A DNA stretch of 64,000 bases from an uncultured Chloroflexia bacterium (GTDB lineage: Bacteria > Chloroflexota > Chloroflexia > QHBQ01 > JADMIH01): contig CAWCNY010000002.1 in NCBI GenBank assembly GCA_963797095.1, forward strand, positions 384,001-448,000, in the 5' to 3' direction. A model generated the notes under the pieces. The model worked only from the letters and a program-made list of their open reading frames with translations, was not told the DNA's origin and did not search any database. Shown one piece after another: positions 20,580 to 29,744 of the stretch (position 1 is its first letter; each line of letters starts with the position of its first letter). Both the position numbers and the translations under genes were made by a program.

Positions 20580-21218
20580 TCACTGGCATAGCGCTTCCCA
20601 GGTTTCGCTTCGGTGGGCGCTGAAGGCATGGGGAACGCGAAACGCATGGCTGCCGTGCATATCCAAAGCTTGCAATTCATCCTGGCTGAAATAGCCGTAA
20701 GCTATGGTCTCGTTGGTAAGGGTGAGTTCTCCACCTTGCCGCTCGCACAGAAAATCGATGTGATACAGGTGCACGGGCACGAGCGACCCCGACTTGCGCG
20801 AGTCGAACACACCTATGAGCTTCATCGCCTGCACCCGTAGACCTGTCTCCTCCCACACTTCACGCACAGCAACCTCCGAGGGCGTTTCGCCCACGTCGGC
20901 CAGCCCGCCCGGCATGCACCACTTGCTGTTGTCCTTTCTTTGGGTGAGGAGAATACGACCCTCGCCGTCGAATATGGCCGCAGCTACTCCCACCAGGGGT
21001 GAGCGTATCCCCAGTTCTCCCCGGAATATACGCTCGATTTCGTCCACGCCCCGGCTGTCAGCGAGGGCTAGCGCCTGCGCGGCAAGCGCCATCACCTTCT
21101 CGTAGCGGGCCAGGTCGTATTCGTCTTCCCTGCGTTTCGCCCAGTACAAACCGTTCTGGGCTGCCGACCTTAGCTCGTCCGCGATCTCTATCAATTTGCG
21201 GGCGGGGTCTTCTTGCAT
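20580..21218 (-). CDS. NUDIX hydrolase with N-terminal Nudix_N-type domain
   Basis: Nudix box GGLADVGETPSEVAVREVWEETGL; N-terminal AQNGL..YDLARY. Start after AAGGAG. Confidence 0.9.
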   Translation of the reverse strand: MQEDPARKLIEIADELRSAAQNGLYWAKRREDEYDLARYEKVMALAAQALALADSRGVDEIERIFRGELGIRSPLVGVAAAIFDGEGRILLTQRKDNSKWCMPGGLADVGETPSEVAVREVWEETGLRVQAMKLIGVFDSRKSGSLVPVHLYHIDFLCERQGGELTLTNETIAYGYFSQDELQALDMHGSHAFRVPHAFSAHRSETWEALCQ

Positions 21219-21275
21219 GAGGACTCCTTGTTGCTGCATACTGCGTGATAATACCTAATTATCTCAGGAGATTAT

Positions 21276-21926
21276 ATGCCAACGGTCCTTATCGCTACCA
21301 CCAACCCCGGCAAGCTACGGGAATTTCGGGAGATGTTTGCCTCGGTTCCACCGGCGCGCGTGGTGTCTCCCAACGATATTGAGGTGTGGGTCGAGGTGGC
21401 CGAAACCGGGTCTTCCTACGAGGAGAACGCACTTCTAAAGGCGCGTGCCCTGCATAACGCTCTCCCCGCCGAGATGCGCCGGGGCGATGGCGTGTGGGTG
21501 CTAGGGGATGACAGCGGGCTGGAAGTGGACGCTTTAGGAGGCATCCCCGGCCTTCATAGCAACAGGTGGGCTGGGCCAAACACCACCGCAGCCCAGCGCA
21601 ACGCGGCACTCTTGAAGCGGTTGGAGGGCGTGCCCTACGAGAGGCGAACGGCCCGATTCGTGTGCGTGATCGCGTTCATAGAACCGGATGGCAAAGAGCA
21701 CATACTTGAGGGCACGGTCGAAGGCCGGATCGCGCACGAATCGAGGGGCACAGGGGGTTTCGGTTACGACCCGCTGTTCGTGCTAGCCGATGGACGGCGA
21801 ATGTCGGAGCTTCCGCCCGACGAGAAGAACCGCCTCAGTCATCGCGCCGTGGCGGGCCTACAGGCCGTGTCGATCCTGGCACTTGCAACACAGAAAGAAA
21901 GGAATAGGCACGATGCTAGACCTTAA
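21276..21926 (+). CDS. rdgB: Non-canonical purine NTP pyrophosphatase RdgB/HAM1
   Basis: ATTNPGKLRE, ENALLKA, DDSGLEVDALGG.PG, GFGYDPLF, KNRLSHR. Confidence 0.93.
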   Translation: MPTVLIATTNPGKLREFREMFASVPPARVVSPNDIEVWVEVAETGSSYEENALLKARALHNALPAEMRRGDGVWVLGDDSGLEVDALGGIPGLHSNRWAGPNTTAAQRNAALLKRLEGVPYERRTARFVCVIAFIEPDGKEHILEGTVEGRIAHESRGTGGFGYDPLFVLADGRRMSELPPDEKNRLSHRAVAGLQAVSILALATQKERNRHDARP

Positions 21927-22731
21927 CCGCTTGTACGAAGAGCGCGTGGTCTACGAGATTCCGGATATGGACCAGGCGAGAGTGCGCGAGGACCTTGTCT
22001 ACCGAAGCCTGGAAGACGGCACCGACTTGAAGCTGGACATATATTACCCCTCAACATATGTGCCCGGCATTCCCCTGCCCGCCGTCATACTGGTGCATGG
22101 GGATTGGCCCCCGCACATTATCCAGCACTCCAAGGACCTGGGGGTGTATATCTCCTGGGGCCAATTGATAGCGGCTTCGGGGCTGGTAACCGTCAACTTC
22201 AACCACAGAGCAACCGAGCGCCTAACGCGGGTTCGCGAAGCCGCCAGCGATGTCGCACAATTGCTCGGCTACATCAGGTACTTCGCGGAGAGCCTGGACA
22301 TAATCGGCGACCGACTCTGTATCTGGACATTCTCTGCCGGCATGCCGGTGGGGATGTGGGCCGCGCTCTGCGACGCCCCGGAGTATGTGCGGTCAATAGT
22401 GGCCTACTACGGAGTGATGGACCTGCAACAGGCGCGCGACATTCTGCCTGAAGAGGTCACGGAAGACGACATTGCTGATTACTCCGCACTGCATTACCTG
22501 GACAAATACGAGGGGAAGATAGCTCCCATGTTGATCGCCAAGGCGGGGCAGGATAGCCCACGGCTCAATGCTACCATCGACCGCTTTGTGGAACGCGCCG
22601 CTGAACTAGGCGCGCCGGTGACGCTATTGGAGCACGAGCATGGCCGCCACGGGTTCGACGTACTTAACGACGATGACCGCTCGCGAGAGATAATCAGGCG
22701 CTCGCTTGAATTCGCGGTACGCGAGACTTAG
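21913..22731 (+). CDS. Alpha/beta hydrolase
   Basis: LDIYYP..PAVILVHG, nucleophile-elbow-like TFSAG, Asp in AGQD, His in GRHGFD; start overlaps the rdgB end. Confidence 0.8.
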   Translation: MLDLNRLYEERVVYEIPDMDQARVREDLVYRSLEDGTDLKLDIYYPSTYVPGIPLPAVILVHGDWPPHIIQHSKDLGVYISWGQLIAASGLVTVNFNHRATERLTRVREAASDVAQLLGYIRYFAESLDIIGDRLCIWTFSAGMPVGMWAALCDAPEYVRSIVAYYGVMDLQQARDILPEEVTEDDIADYSALHYLDKYEGKIAPMLIAKAGQDSPRLNATIDRFVERAAELGAPVTLLEHEHGRHGFDVLNDDDRSREIIRRSLEFAVRET

Positions 22732-22746
22732 GCGCTAATTAACGGA

Positions 22747-23550
22747 CTAGTGAGGCACGACATAGCTGGAGATCACGTGGTCGATAATGTCGTCGTAAGT
22801 GCCATCCTCGAATGCTCTCTCGGTGGTGGCGAGCATTAGCATATAGAGGCTGCCCTGGCGGCCTTCGACAAAAGCCTGCGCGTCCCACTGAATATCCCCG
22901 GCATAGAACTTGAAGTCGATGCGGTAGCTGCCGTCGTTCTGCTCGGTCTGGCCGCTCTCTTCGTAATTGTCGAAACTCGACTCAAATTGCGTGCTGGCTA
23001 GCTGGGCCAGTTCCTCATTGGACGTGCTGCCCGCGGCTCCGGAGGAGTAAGTAACCTGTGTAAATGCTTCACCGCTCGGCTCTAAGAACTGGTAATTTGG
23101 TGGTTCCTCGTTCACCACCCAGTTGTCCGGATAGTCGATGCTCCAGTCACCCTCAGGTGCCACATAATTCAGGTATCCCGCTTCACTCGTGGGAAACTCT
23201 TCAACTTCGGTGGCGGTTGGTTCTTCGGTCGGCTCTTCCGTGGGAATTTCGGTAGCGGTCGGCCTGCGGGTGGCGGTGGGGCGTGGTCTAGGCGTAGCGG
23301 TGGCAGGTTCCACTTCTTCAGGCGTGGAAGTAGCTTCCTCAGGAACCACTTCGCTGGTGGCAGTGGCAGGAGGATTTGTAGCCCGTGGCCTGACCGCTTC
23401 GACTGTTGCCGTGGGCCGCCCTGGCGTAGCGACCGGCTGATCGACGCCCCCGGTGGCATCGCAAGCCGCCAGCGGAATGAGCATGATGAAGGCAGCAGCA
23501 AAGACGAGCGCATAAAGGACGCCCATGCGTGTAAACCTGGCCGCGAACAT
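22747..23550 (-). CDS. Lipoprotein with P/T/E-rich linker and PsbP-like C-terminal domain
   Basis: Lipobox LAAC; PTATP repeats; WSIDYPDNW motif. Confidence 0.7.
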   Translation of the reverse strand: MFAARFTRMGVLYALVFAAAFIMLIPLAACDATGGVDQPVATPGRPTATVEAVRPRATNPPATATSEVVPEEATSTPEEVEPATATPRPRPTATRRPTATEIPTEEPTEEPTATEVEEFPTSEAGYLNYVAPEGDWSIDYPDNWVVNEEPPNYQFLEPSGEAFTQVTYSSGAAGSTSNEELAQLASTQFESSFDNYEESGQTEQNDGSYRIDFKFYAGDIQWDAQAFVEGRQGSLYMLMLATTERAFEDGTYDDIIDHVISSYVVPH

Positions 23551-23648
23551 AGGTTACCCTCCCCTGAAGCCCGGTACGACTGTGTAAAGTCTATTACTTC
23601 CAGGCGGCAATGTCAACAGTTGCACCCGGAATTCACCCGGCAAATAAT

Positions 23649-23836
23649 CATGGGTTATCCCGAATTTTGAAATCGTCCGCAGGAGAGCACCGGGATGCCC
23701 CAGGACCCCCCCTCCCGAAACTTCGGGAGGGGCTTTCTAAAATAGGCAAAAATGGCAGCACAGCCGCCATTTTTGCCTATTTTAGAAGTAGATTGCACGA
23801 CTGCGAAGCTGCATCTAAAATTCGGGATGTTTCATG
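23649..23836. mobile_element. MITE-like dispersed repeat, copy 1 (terminal inverted repeats, two internal hairpins)
   Basis: Left end CATGGGTTATCCCGAATTTT, right end AAAATTCGGGATGTTTCATG; the last ~130 nt are homologous to 47500-47626. Confidence 0.65.
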
Positions 23837-23853
23837 TTTGGCGCTGTAACTGC

Positions 23854-24858
23854 CTATTTACCGCGCCAGTCGTCCACCATCCACTTCACAGATGCGGCAT
23901 AACTTGACGGACTATTGCCATCGTCGGCGGGAGCATACACGGGCACAATATCATCTACGGTGCGGAGGCCCCACTGGTTGATATAGAGGTCTGTGATCAG
24001 TTTGTACCAGTCCTCCATGCCTGCTACCCATGAAGGGTACATACGATAGCCGCTGTAGTTGTCCCAGCCTGGCGACCAGCGGACGTTGCCGAGCGACTTT
24101 GTGAAGCGCGCCACACCCTTAGTGCCGCATGCGCTCTCGTGCACGAAGAAGGCAAGGGCATAGGCAGGGTTGATGTCGTAGCTGACGCCCAGGTCGTAGA
24201 GTTGCTGGCCGAGGCCGGTGGCTGGAGAACCGTACTTCTGCAAGACAAACTCGATTTGCGCCACACTTATGCTTGGCGCGCCGATCAGGCTGTAGTTGCC
24301 ATCGCTCGCGCTGGAGTGGGGTACTACCTGTGAAACTCCCTCCCCTGGAGTAGTGCCCACGTCGATCACAGGAGCGGCGACCTCAGGACCGGAGATCGCG
24401 CCCTGGCTCTGCTCGCTGTAGCGGCTGATTGCGCCGGGTGAGACGGCGAAGGCGGGGGTGACGAAGACGAACGCGAGCACCGCCAGCACCACGACCGCCA
24501 CCACAGCCCAGGCCCCGGGCGTTACAAGATTGCCGAATACCTTCCTCGATGCTGCTTCGTCCACGTCCCATTCATCATAGGGGTCGACATCGGGGGACGT
24601 GGGTCGAAGCACGAACTGGGAGGGACGACGGGTCGGCGAGTACGAGGACTGAGCCGGAAGCTGGCCGAGGTCGCCACCAGCGAGAGCGCCTGCGTTGACC
24701 GCCCATGTTCCGGCCCGTGCCGTGTCGAATACCCTTATCAGGCCACTATCGTGTTTGCTCGCCCGACCCGTCTGTGCAATACGAGGATCGCTTACTGCGG
24801 TTCTCGCATAGGCTGAAACCGGTGCGGCGGACCCGTAAGCCGAACCCTGGCGGCTCAC
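23854..24858 (-). CDS. Membrane-anchored glucosaminidase-domain (GH73-like) cell-wall hydrolase
   Basis: One TM segment; GAPSISVAQI, GVSYDINPAYALAFFVHES, NVRW, IVPVYAP..DGNSP..Y typical of glucosaminidase-domain proteins. Confidence 0.75.
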   Translation of the reverse strand: MSRQGSAYGSAAPVSAYARTAVSDPRIAQTGRASKHDSGLIRVFDTARAGTWAVNAGALAGGDLGQLPAQSSYSPTRRPSQFVLRPTSPDVDPYDEWDVDEAASRKVFGNLVTPGAWAVVAVVVLAVLAFVFVTPAFAVSPGAISRYSEQSQGAISGPEVAAPVIDVGTTPGEGVSQVVPHSSASDGNYSLIGAPSISVAQIEFVLQKYGSPATGLGQQLYDLGVSYDINPAYALAFFVHESACGTKGVARFTKSLGNVRWSPGWDNYSGYRMYPSWVAGMEDWYKLITDLYINQWGLRTVDDIVPVYAPADDGNSPSSYAASVKWMVDDWRGK

Positions 24859-25679
24859 TTGCTCACCTCGCCAGGGTTGGTGGCGGTGCTGCCGTTGGGG
24901 GCAGAGGGTGTCTGGCGCTGAGCCTTTTCAATGGCTAACCTCTCTTCAGTGGTGGCAAGCCTGAACGAACTGCCGTCGTTGAGATAGAGCAATTGCTCGT
25001 TCTTGACCGACACTATCAGGTCAGCAAGGCCATCCGCATTGAGATCGGTCGAAGCCAGGGTCACGGCGGTGAGGTCCTCGCCCTGCCCGAACAGGTAAGG
25101 CCCGACGATTGTGCTAACTTTGGTGCTGTCGCCGCCGGGCATCTCAAGGATAGTCACGCGCCTGTTGAGGTTCATGGCGACGAAGTGAGACGGCACACCA
25201 TCGGTCTCGCTGTGGCCCACGTAGGCATCCATCTGCATGGTGCGGGGTCTGCCGTATTGCAGATCGTCCAGCTTGACCTGGGTCCACTCGACGGCGGCGC
25301 TGATCACTATATAAAGGACGGCAAGAAGGGCCACAGACCCGGCTATCAACATAACCGATCGTGCTTCGACCACCTTTTCAGCGCCGGTAACTGTCCTGGC
25401 TTGACCTTGAGCCACCTGCCGCTGGGCATTGGGTTGAGGTCTGGTGGGCGTAAGTCGCTCCGCAGCTTTCTCGCGCCGCCAGGGAAGGGAAATCTCCTTG
25501 GGGCGTGGGGCTGGCGGTGCCTGCACCTGAGCAACGGCCCTGAGCTGCGGCACAGCAGTAAATAGCTCGTCGTCCAGCCCATCGAGGGGCATCCAGGCCC
25601 CAGTCTTTTGCCTATCGCTTTCGTTATCCCAGTCTACCTGGCGCGCATTAGCTCCATTTGATCGAGCGTTGGTAGCCAT
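24855..25679 (-). CDS. Conserved hypothetical single-pass membrane protein (Chloroflexi-type)
   Basis: TM followed by DDLQYGRPRT..DAYVGH, SHFVAMNLN, EMPGGD and a DLNADGLAD Ca-loop-like motif; GGAG RBS; 4-nt overlap with the next gene. Confidence 0.75.
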   Translation of the reverse strand: MATNARSNGANARQVDWDNESDRQKTGAWMPLDGLDDELFTAVPQLRAVAQVQAPPAPRPKEISLPWRREKAAERLTPTRPQPNAQRQVAQGQARTVTGAEKVVEARSVMLIAGSVALLAVLYIVISAAVEWTQVKLDDLQYGRPRTMQMDAYVGHSETDGVPSHFVAMNLNRRVTILEMPGGDSTKVSTIVGPYLFGQGEDLTAVTLASTDLNADGLADLIVSVKNEQLLYLNDGSSFRLATTEERLAIEKAQRQTPSAPNGSTATNPGEVSK

Positions 25680-25732
25680 TGTCTTCCCTCCAAATTGATG
25701 AGATGAGTAGTTGCGGAATTACCGAGTTGATA

Positions 25733-26008
25733 TCAGTTATCGGACAGGTAAGGTATCGACATGAGCGCGCAGTATGGGCGCAGGAGCCTGCCGAGGTAGG
25801 AGTTGGGGTTGGCGACCGCGTCGGTTTCGCCAGCTGTGGCTACCTGCCACTCGCCACGCTTGTCGGGCATCTCTATGAGTAGAAGGGCAGGGGTCATGCG
25901 CTTGAAGACGTTGCTTGGCGCAGAGGCTTCGGCCCAAAGGGGGGCTAGCTCCGCACCCTCAGGCCTTTCCCGGTTGAACTCCGAGCCCTCTTTGTGGTAT
26001 CGTTGCAT
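25733..26008 (-). CDS. Small hypothetical protein, first gene after the LexA-box promoter
   Basis: 91-aa ORF with GGAG RBS directly downstream of the predicted promoter; no recognised domain. Confidence 0.55.
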   Translation of the reverse strand: MQRYHKEGSEFNRERPEGAELAPLWAEASAPSNVFKRMTPALLLIEMPDKRGEWQVATAGETDAVANPNSYLGRLLRPYCALMSIPYLSDN

Positions 26009-26036
26009 CGCTGAGTCTCCGTTCCAGTGTTAATCA

Positions 26037-26095
26037 GCACAACTGTTCTAATATCTTATAGCCGGATGATATATTAGAACAAGTGTTCAAGTCAA
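26037..26095 (-). promoter_or_regulatory. Two Gram-positive/Chloroflexi-type LexA boxes over a sigma70 promoter
   Basis: GAACAAGTGTTC (26077-26088, perfect GAAC-N4-GTTC) and GCACAACTGTTC (26037-26048, 1 mismatch). Minus-strand TTGACT (26095-26090)-18nt-TATCAT encloses the perfect box. Confidence 0.75.
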
Positions 26096-26201
26096 TAGGG
26101 TTTTCCACATATTTGGAGCGCTTTGGGTACGAGTTCCTAGTTCCTGGGTTCATGGTTCCTGGGTTCTGGCGTCAAATATTGTCAACCGACAACCGAAAAC
26201 T

Positions 26202-26963
26202 GTGAAAGTTGTTCTATTCGATTTCCATAACACCCTGGTTACTTGCGACGATTGGCTTGACCTTGAGATCAATACGCTGCCATCGCTTGCGCTTGACCTG
26301 TTGCGGGCCAACGGGGACCTGGGCCACACACCACAGCATGATGGCGCCGAGGCCAGGCAGCGTTTCAAAGTGGTGCGGCAACGTGCGCGAGAATCGGGCG
26401 TTGAGGTGAGTGCAGTTGAGGGTGTGCATCTGGTGCTGGCCGATATGGGCTATCGCCCCACTTTCGAGGCAATCGAGGAGGCCGTAGCAGTGCTTGAAAA
26501 GCATTGCCTATTGCAGGTAGAGGCAATCGAGGGGGCGCTTGTCGCGCTGCAACAGTTACGCGATGACGGCTATACGCTTGGTGTCGTATCGAGCGCGGGC
26601 TGGCCGCCATTCGTGGAGATGGCCCTCGAACAGGAGGGGATGCGCTCGTTCTTCAGCGCCGTGATCACTAGCGCGGGCGAAGGGATTTACAAGTCGGACC
26701 CTCAGATATTTCGGGGGGCCTGCGACCGCCTCGGCTCGAAGCCCGAAGAAACCGTGCACGTTGGTGATCACGCTAAGTATGATGTTCAGACCGCCCGTAA
26801 GGCGGGACTGCATACGGTGTGGTTCAATGCTCACGCAAGGCGTACAGCCCTGCTGCACAACGCCGATTGGGAGGAATTGGAGCGCCAGGGCAACGAAGCC
26901 GACGTGGTGATTGAGCGCATGTCACAGGTGGCTGGCGCGATCAGGAGTGCTCTGCTACAATAA
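26202..26963 (+). CDS. HAD-family hydrolase
   Basis: Motif I VLFDFHNTL, LGVVSS, KSDPQIF, VHVGD...DV. Confidence 0.88.
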   Translation: MKVVLFDFHNTLVTCDDWLDLEINTLPSLALDLLRANGDLGHTPQHDGAEARQRFKVVRQRARESGVEVSAVEGVHLVLADMGYRPTFEAIEEAVAVLEKHCLLQVEAIEGALVALQQLRDDGYTLGVVSSAGWPPFVEMALEQEGMRSFFSAVITSAGEGIYKSDPQIFRGACDRLGSKPEETVHVGDHAKYDVQTARKAGLHTVWFNAHARRTALLHNADWEELERQGNEADVVIERMSQVAGAIRSALLQ

Positions 26964-27016
26964 ATAGACGTCCCGCGAATATAAGTCAATAACTATTTCA
27001 AGACCAAGAGACCAAT

Positions 27017-28480
27017 ATGCCCCAGGAAAAAACCAACGAACAGGCTCTACCAAACCGTACAACCGATTTCCCCGGCTGGTACCACGATGTTGTAATGCGT
27101 GCCGAACTGGCCGAGGAGGCCCCGGTGCGTGGCTGCATGGTTGTGCGGCCCTACGGCTGGACGCTGTGGGAGAACGCGCAGGCCATCCTTGACCGCCGCT
27201 TCAAAGACACAGGCGTGGTGAATGCCGCCTTCCCTCTGCTCATTCCTCGGTCGTACCTGGTGCAGGAGGCCGACCATGTGGAGGGCTTTGTGCCGGAGGT
27301 GGCCTGGGTAACACAGGTAGGCTCAGGCCAGGAAGAACTTGCCGAGCCGTATGCGATCCGGCCCACATCCGAGGCGATCATCGGCCCCATTTACGCGAAG
27401 TGGGTGCAGTCGTATCGCGACCTGCCGATCTTGATCAACCAGTGGTGTTCCGTCATGCGCTGGGAGAAGCGGCCCCGATTGTTCCTCAGGACGTCCGAAT
27501 TCTGGTGGCAGGAGGGTCACACCTGCCACGCCAGCGAGGCGGAGGCCGAGGAGCGCACGCGACAGATGCTGGAGGTCTACAGGGCTTTCCTCGAAGAAGA
27601 TATGGCGATACCGGTAATACCGGGCCTCAAGTCGGAAGCGCAGAAGTTCCCCGGCGCGCTCCGAACCTATACGGTGGAGGCGATGATGGGCGATGGCAAG
27701 GCTCTCCAGTCGGGCACATCGCACAACCTGGGCGACCACTTCGCCCGCGCCTACGACATCCAGTACCTGGACGAGTCGAACCAGCGCCAGTACGCCTGGA
27801 CCACATCATGGGGGATGTCCACGCGCATCATCGGGGCCACGATCATGGTGCACGGCGACCAGCAGGGCCTTATTCTGCCGCCTCGCGTGGCTCCCCACCA
27901 GGCTGTGATCGTGCCGATCTACCGCACCGACGACCAGAAGGGGCCCGTGCTCGAAGCGGTTGATCGGGCCGCCGCGATACTGAAAGGTGCCGGCGTGCGG
28001 TTGAAAGTTGACGCTTCGGATGCGCGCTCCGCAGGGTGGAAGTTCAACGAGTGGGAGTTGAAAGGAGTGCCTTTGCGGGTTGAGATCGGCCCGCGCGACG
28101 TCGAGAACAACTCCGTTGTGCTGGCTCGCCGCGACCGCCCTGGCAGGGGGGGCAAGGAGTTTGTGCAGACTGATGCGTTGGCGGCTCGCGCTTCCGAGTT
28201 GCTGGACGACATTCAGCGATCGCTCTTCCGGCGAGGCGCAGAGTTTCGTGATGCGAACACGGTTGATGTGCGAACGGTGGTAGAGCTTACCGAAGCGGTA
28301 ACGTCGAGCAAGTTCGCGCGTGCCTACTGGTCGGGTGACCCGGTGGGCGAGGAGCGCATAAAGCAGGAGACCGGGGCCACGGTCCGGTGTATTCCGCTCG
28401 ACCAGCCTGATGTTGCAGGTCAGTGCATCACCAGCGCGGTTAGCACCACGCAGCAGGCGATCTTCGCCAGGGCATATTGA
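27017..28480 (+). CDS. proS: Proline--tRNA ligase (archaeal/eukaryote-like type)
   Basis: VRGCMVVRPYG, IRPTSE, INQW..VMRWE, FLRTSEFWWQEGHT, LQSGTSHNLG, SWGMSTR, C-terminal FARAY. Confidence 0.97.
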   Translation: MPQEKTNEQALPNRTTDFPGWYHDVVMRAELAEEAPVRGCMVVRPYGWTLWENAQAILDRRFKDTGVVNAAFPLLIPRSYLVQEADHVEGFVPEVAWVTQVGSGQEELAEPYAIRPTSEAIIGPIYAKWVQSYRDLPILINQWCSVMRWEKRPRLFLRTSEFWWQEGHTCHASEAEAEERTRQMLEVYRAFLEEDMAIPVIPGLKSEAQKFPGALRTYTVEAMMGDGKALQSGTSHNLGDHFARAYDIQYLDESNQRQYAWTTSWGMSTRIIGATIMVHGDQQGLILPPRVAPHQAVIVPIYRTDDQKGPVLEAVDRAAAILKGAGVRLKVDASDARSAGWKFNEWELKGVPLRVEIGPRDVENNSVVLARRDRPGRGGKEFVQTDALAARASELLDDIQRSLFRRGAEFRDANTVDVRTVVELTEAVTSSKFARAYWSGDPVGEERIKQETGATVRCIPLDQPDVAGQCITSAVSTTQQAIFARAY

Positions 28481-28531
28481 GCCTGGTCTGTAGGCACATG
28501 ATTATGCCCTCCCTCGTTCGCAGCTATTTGA

Positions 28532-29691
28532 ATGTCGCACACTGAAGACCTGTCGATCACCATCCAGGTGGTAGCCCGACTGGTGCGATTACTCTATGCT
28601 ACTGAGGTTGAACTTATCGATTGGCGACTGGACCCGATCAATGTGGTGCCCGGCCAATCGACGGGGGGTTTGTATCGCCTTTCCGCTACGGCGCGGAGCG
28701 CGGGCATTATGGAACAGTGGAGGTTTGTGCTGAAAGTGGTGGCGCTCCCGCCGAACGCCGAGCCATTCTTTACCGAGCCGGACCAGCCTCTCTACTGGAA
28801 ACGAGAAATCCTCGCATACCAGTCGGGCCTTCTCGATGCTCTACCTGGAGGGCTTAAGGCACCGCGTTGTTTTGAGGTTGCCGAGCAGCCCGATGGCTCT
28901 TACCATCTGTGGATGGAGGACGTTACGAACATGTATGGCCTGGTGTGGCCGCTCGATCTCTACGGGCCAGCCGCGCACATATTGGGTGCATTCAACGGCG
29001 CTTATCTCACCGGGCGAACTATTCCATCCGATATATGGCTTGTAACCGAAGCTACTGCAGCGCAACGGGGCGCAATCGCACATAATGACTGGCTGCGCTA
29101 TCTCGTTGCAGACCCTCGCACATGGCAGCATCCCCTGCTCCGCTCTACTTTTCCAACGGATACCGCCTCGCGTCTCCTCGACCTGTGGGATGCCCACGAC
29201 ACTCTGTTTGACACTATGGCACGCTTCCCACAGACGCTTTGCCACCTGGATGGCTGGCAGGGCAATCTCTTCTTTCCTCCGTCAAACGATGAACATCATA
29301 GTATCACTGCAATCGACTGGGCATCGGTCGGGCGAGCGGCTCCTGGCGTCGATGCGGGCGATCTGCTTGCCAGCTTTTTTCTGTTTCGCGTTCAGCCCGC
29401 CGACATCCGTGCCCTTGATAGCACGATATTTGGGGTTACATGGCAGGACTGCGAGAGGCCGGGTTGGAAGGCGACGACCGCCAGATACGTTTCAGATTTT
29501 GTGCATTCACCGCCCTCAAATACGCGCTGCGGGCGCATTGGCTGACAGGTGTGGCCGACGAAAGCAAGTACGCTGTGTGGGAGCTTCACTCGCGCCACTC
29601 GATGCGCGAATTTATGGAGAACCAGGCCATCTTTCTCACATATCTTCTTGATCTTGCGGACGAAGCGCGTGCGCTCCTCGCATCGCTGTAA
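28532..29691 (+). pseudogene. Aminoglycoside/choline kinase-like phosphotransferase with a frameshift near 29432-29435
   Basis: VLKV, YWKRE, LWMED, TLCHLDGWQGN, AIDW motifs. Adding one base in TTTGGGG joins IF(G)GY to MAGLREAG of the 29440-29691 ORF. Confidence 0.7.
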
Positions 29692-29744
29692 GGTGCTTGC
29701 TTGCCGCGCCTGCGTGGGTGCGCTATGCTAATCTCAGACGATTC

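Noticed and set aside
20580-21926. Divergent NUDIX and rdgB genes as a dedicated nucleotide-sanitising or defence system
   Set aside because: Both are common housekeeping enzymes; adjacency alone is not evidence of a system.
26964-27016. T-box riboswitch upstream of proS
   Set aside because: Intergenic space is only ~50 nt and no T-box motif (AAGGGTGGNACC-like) is present.
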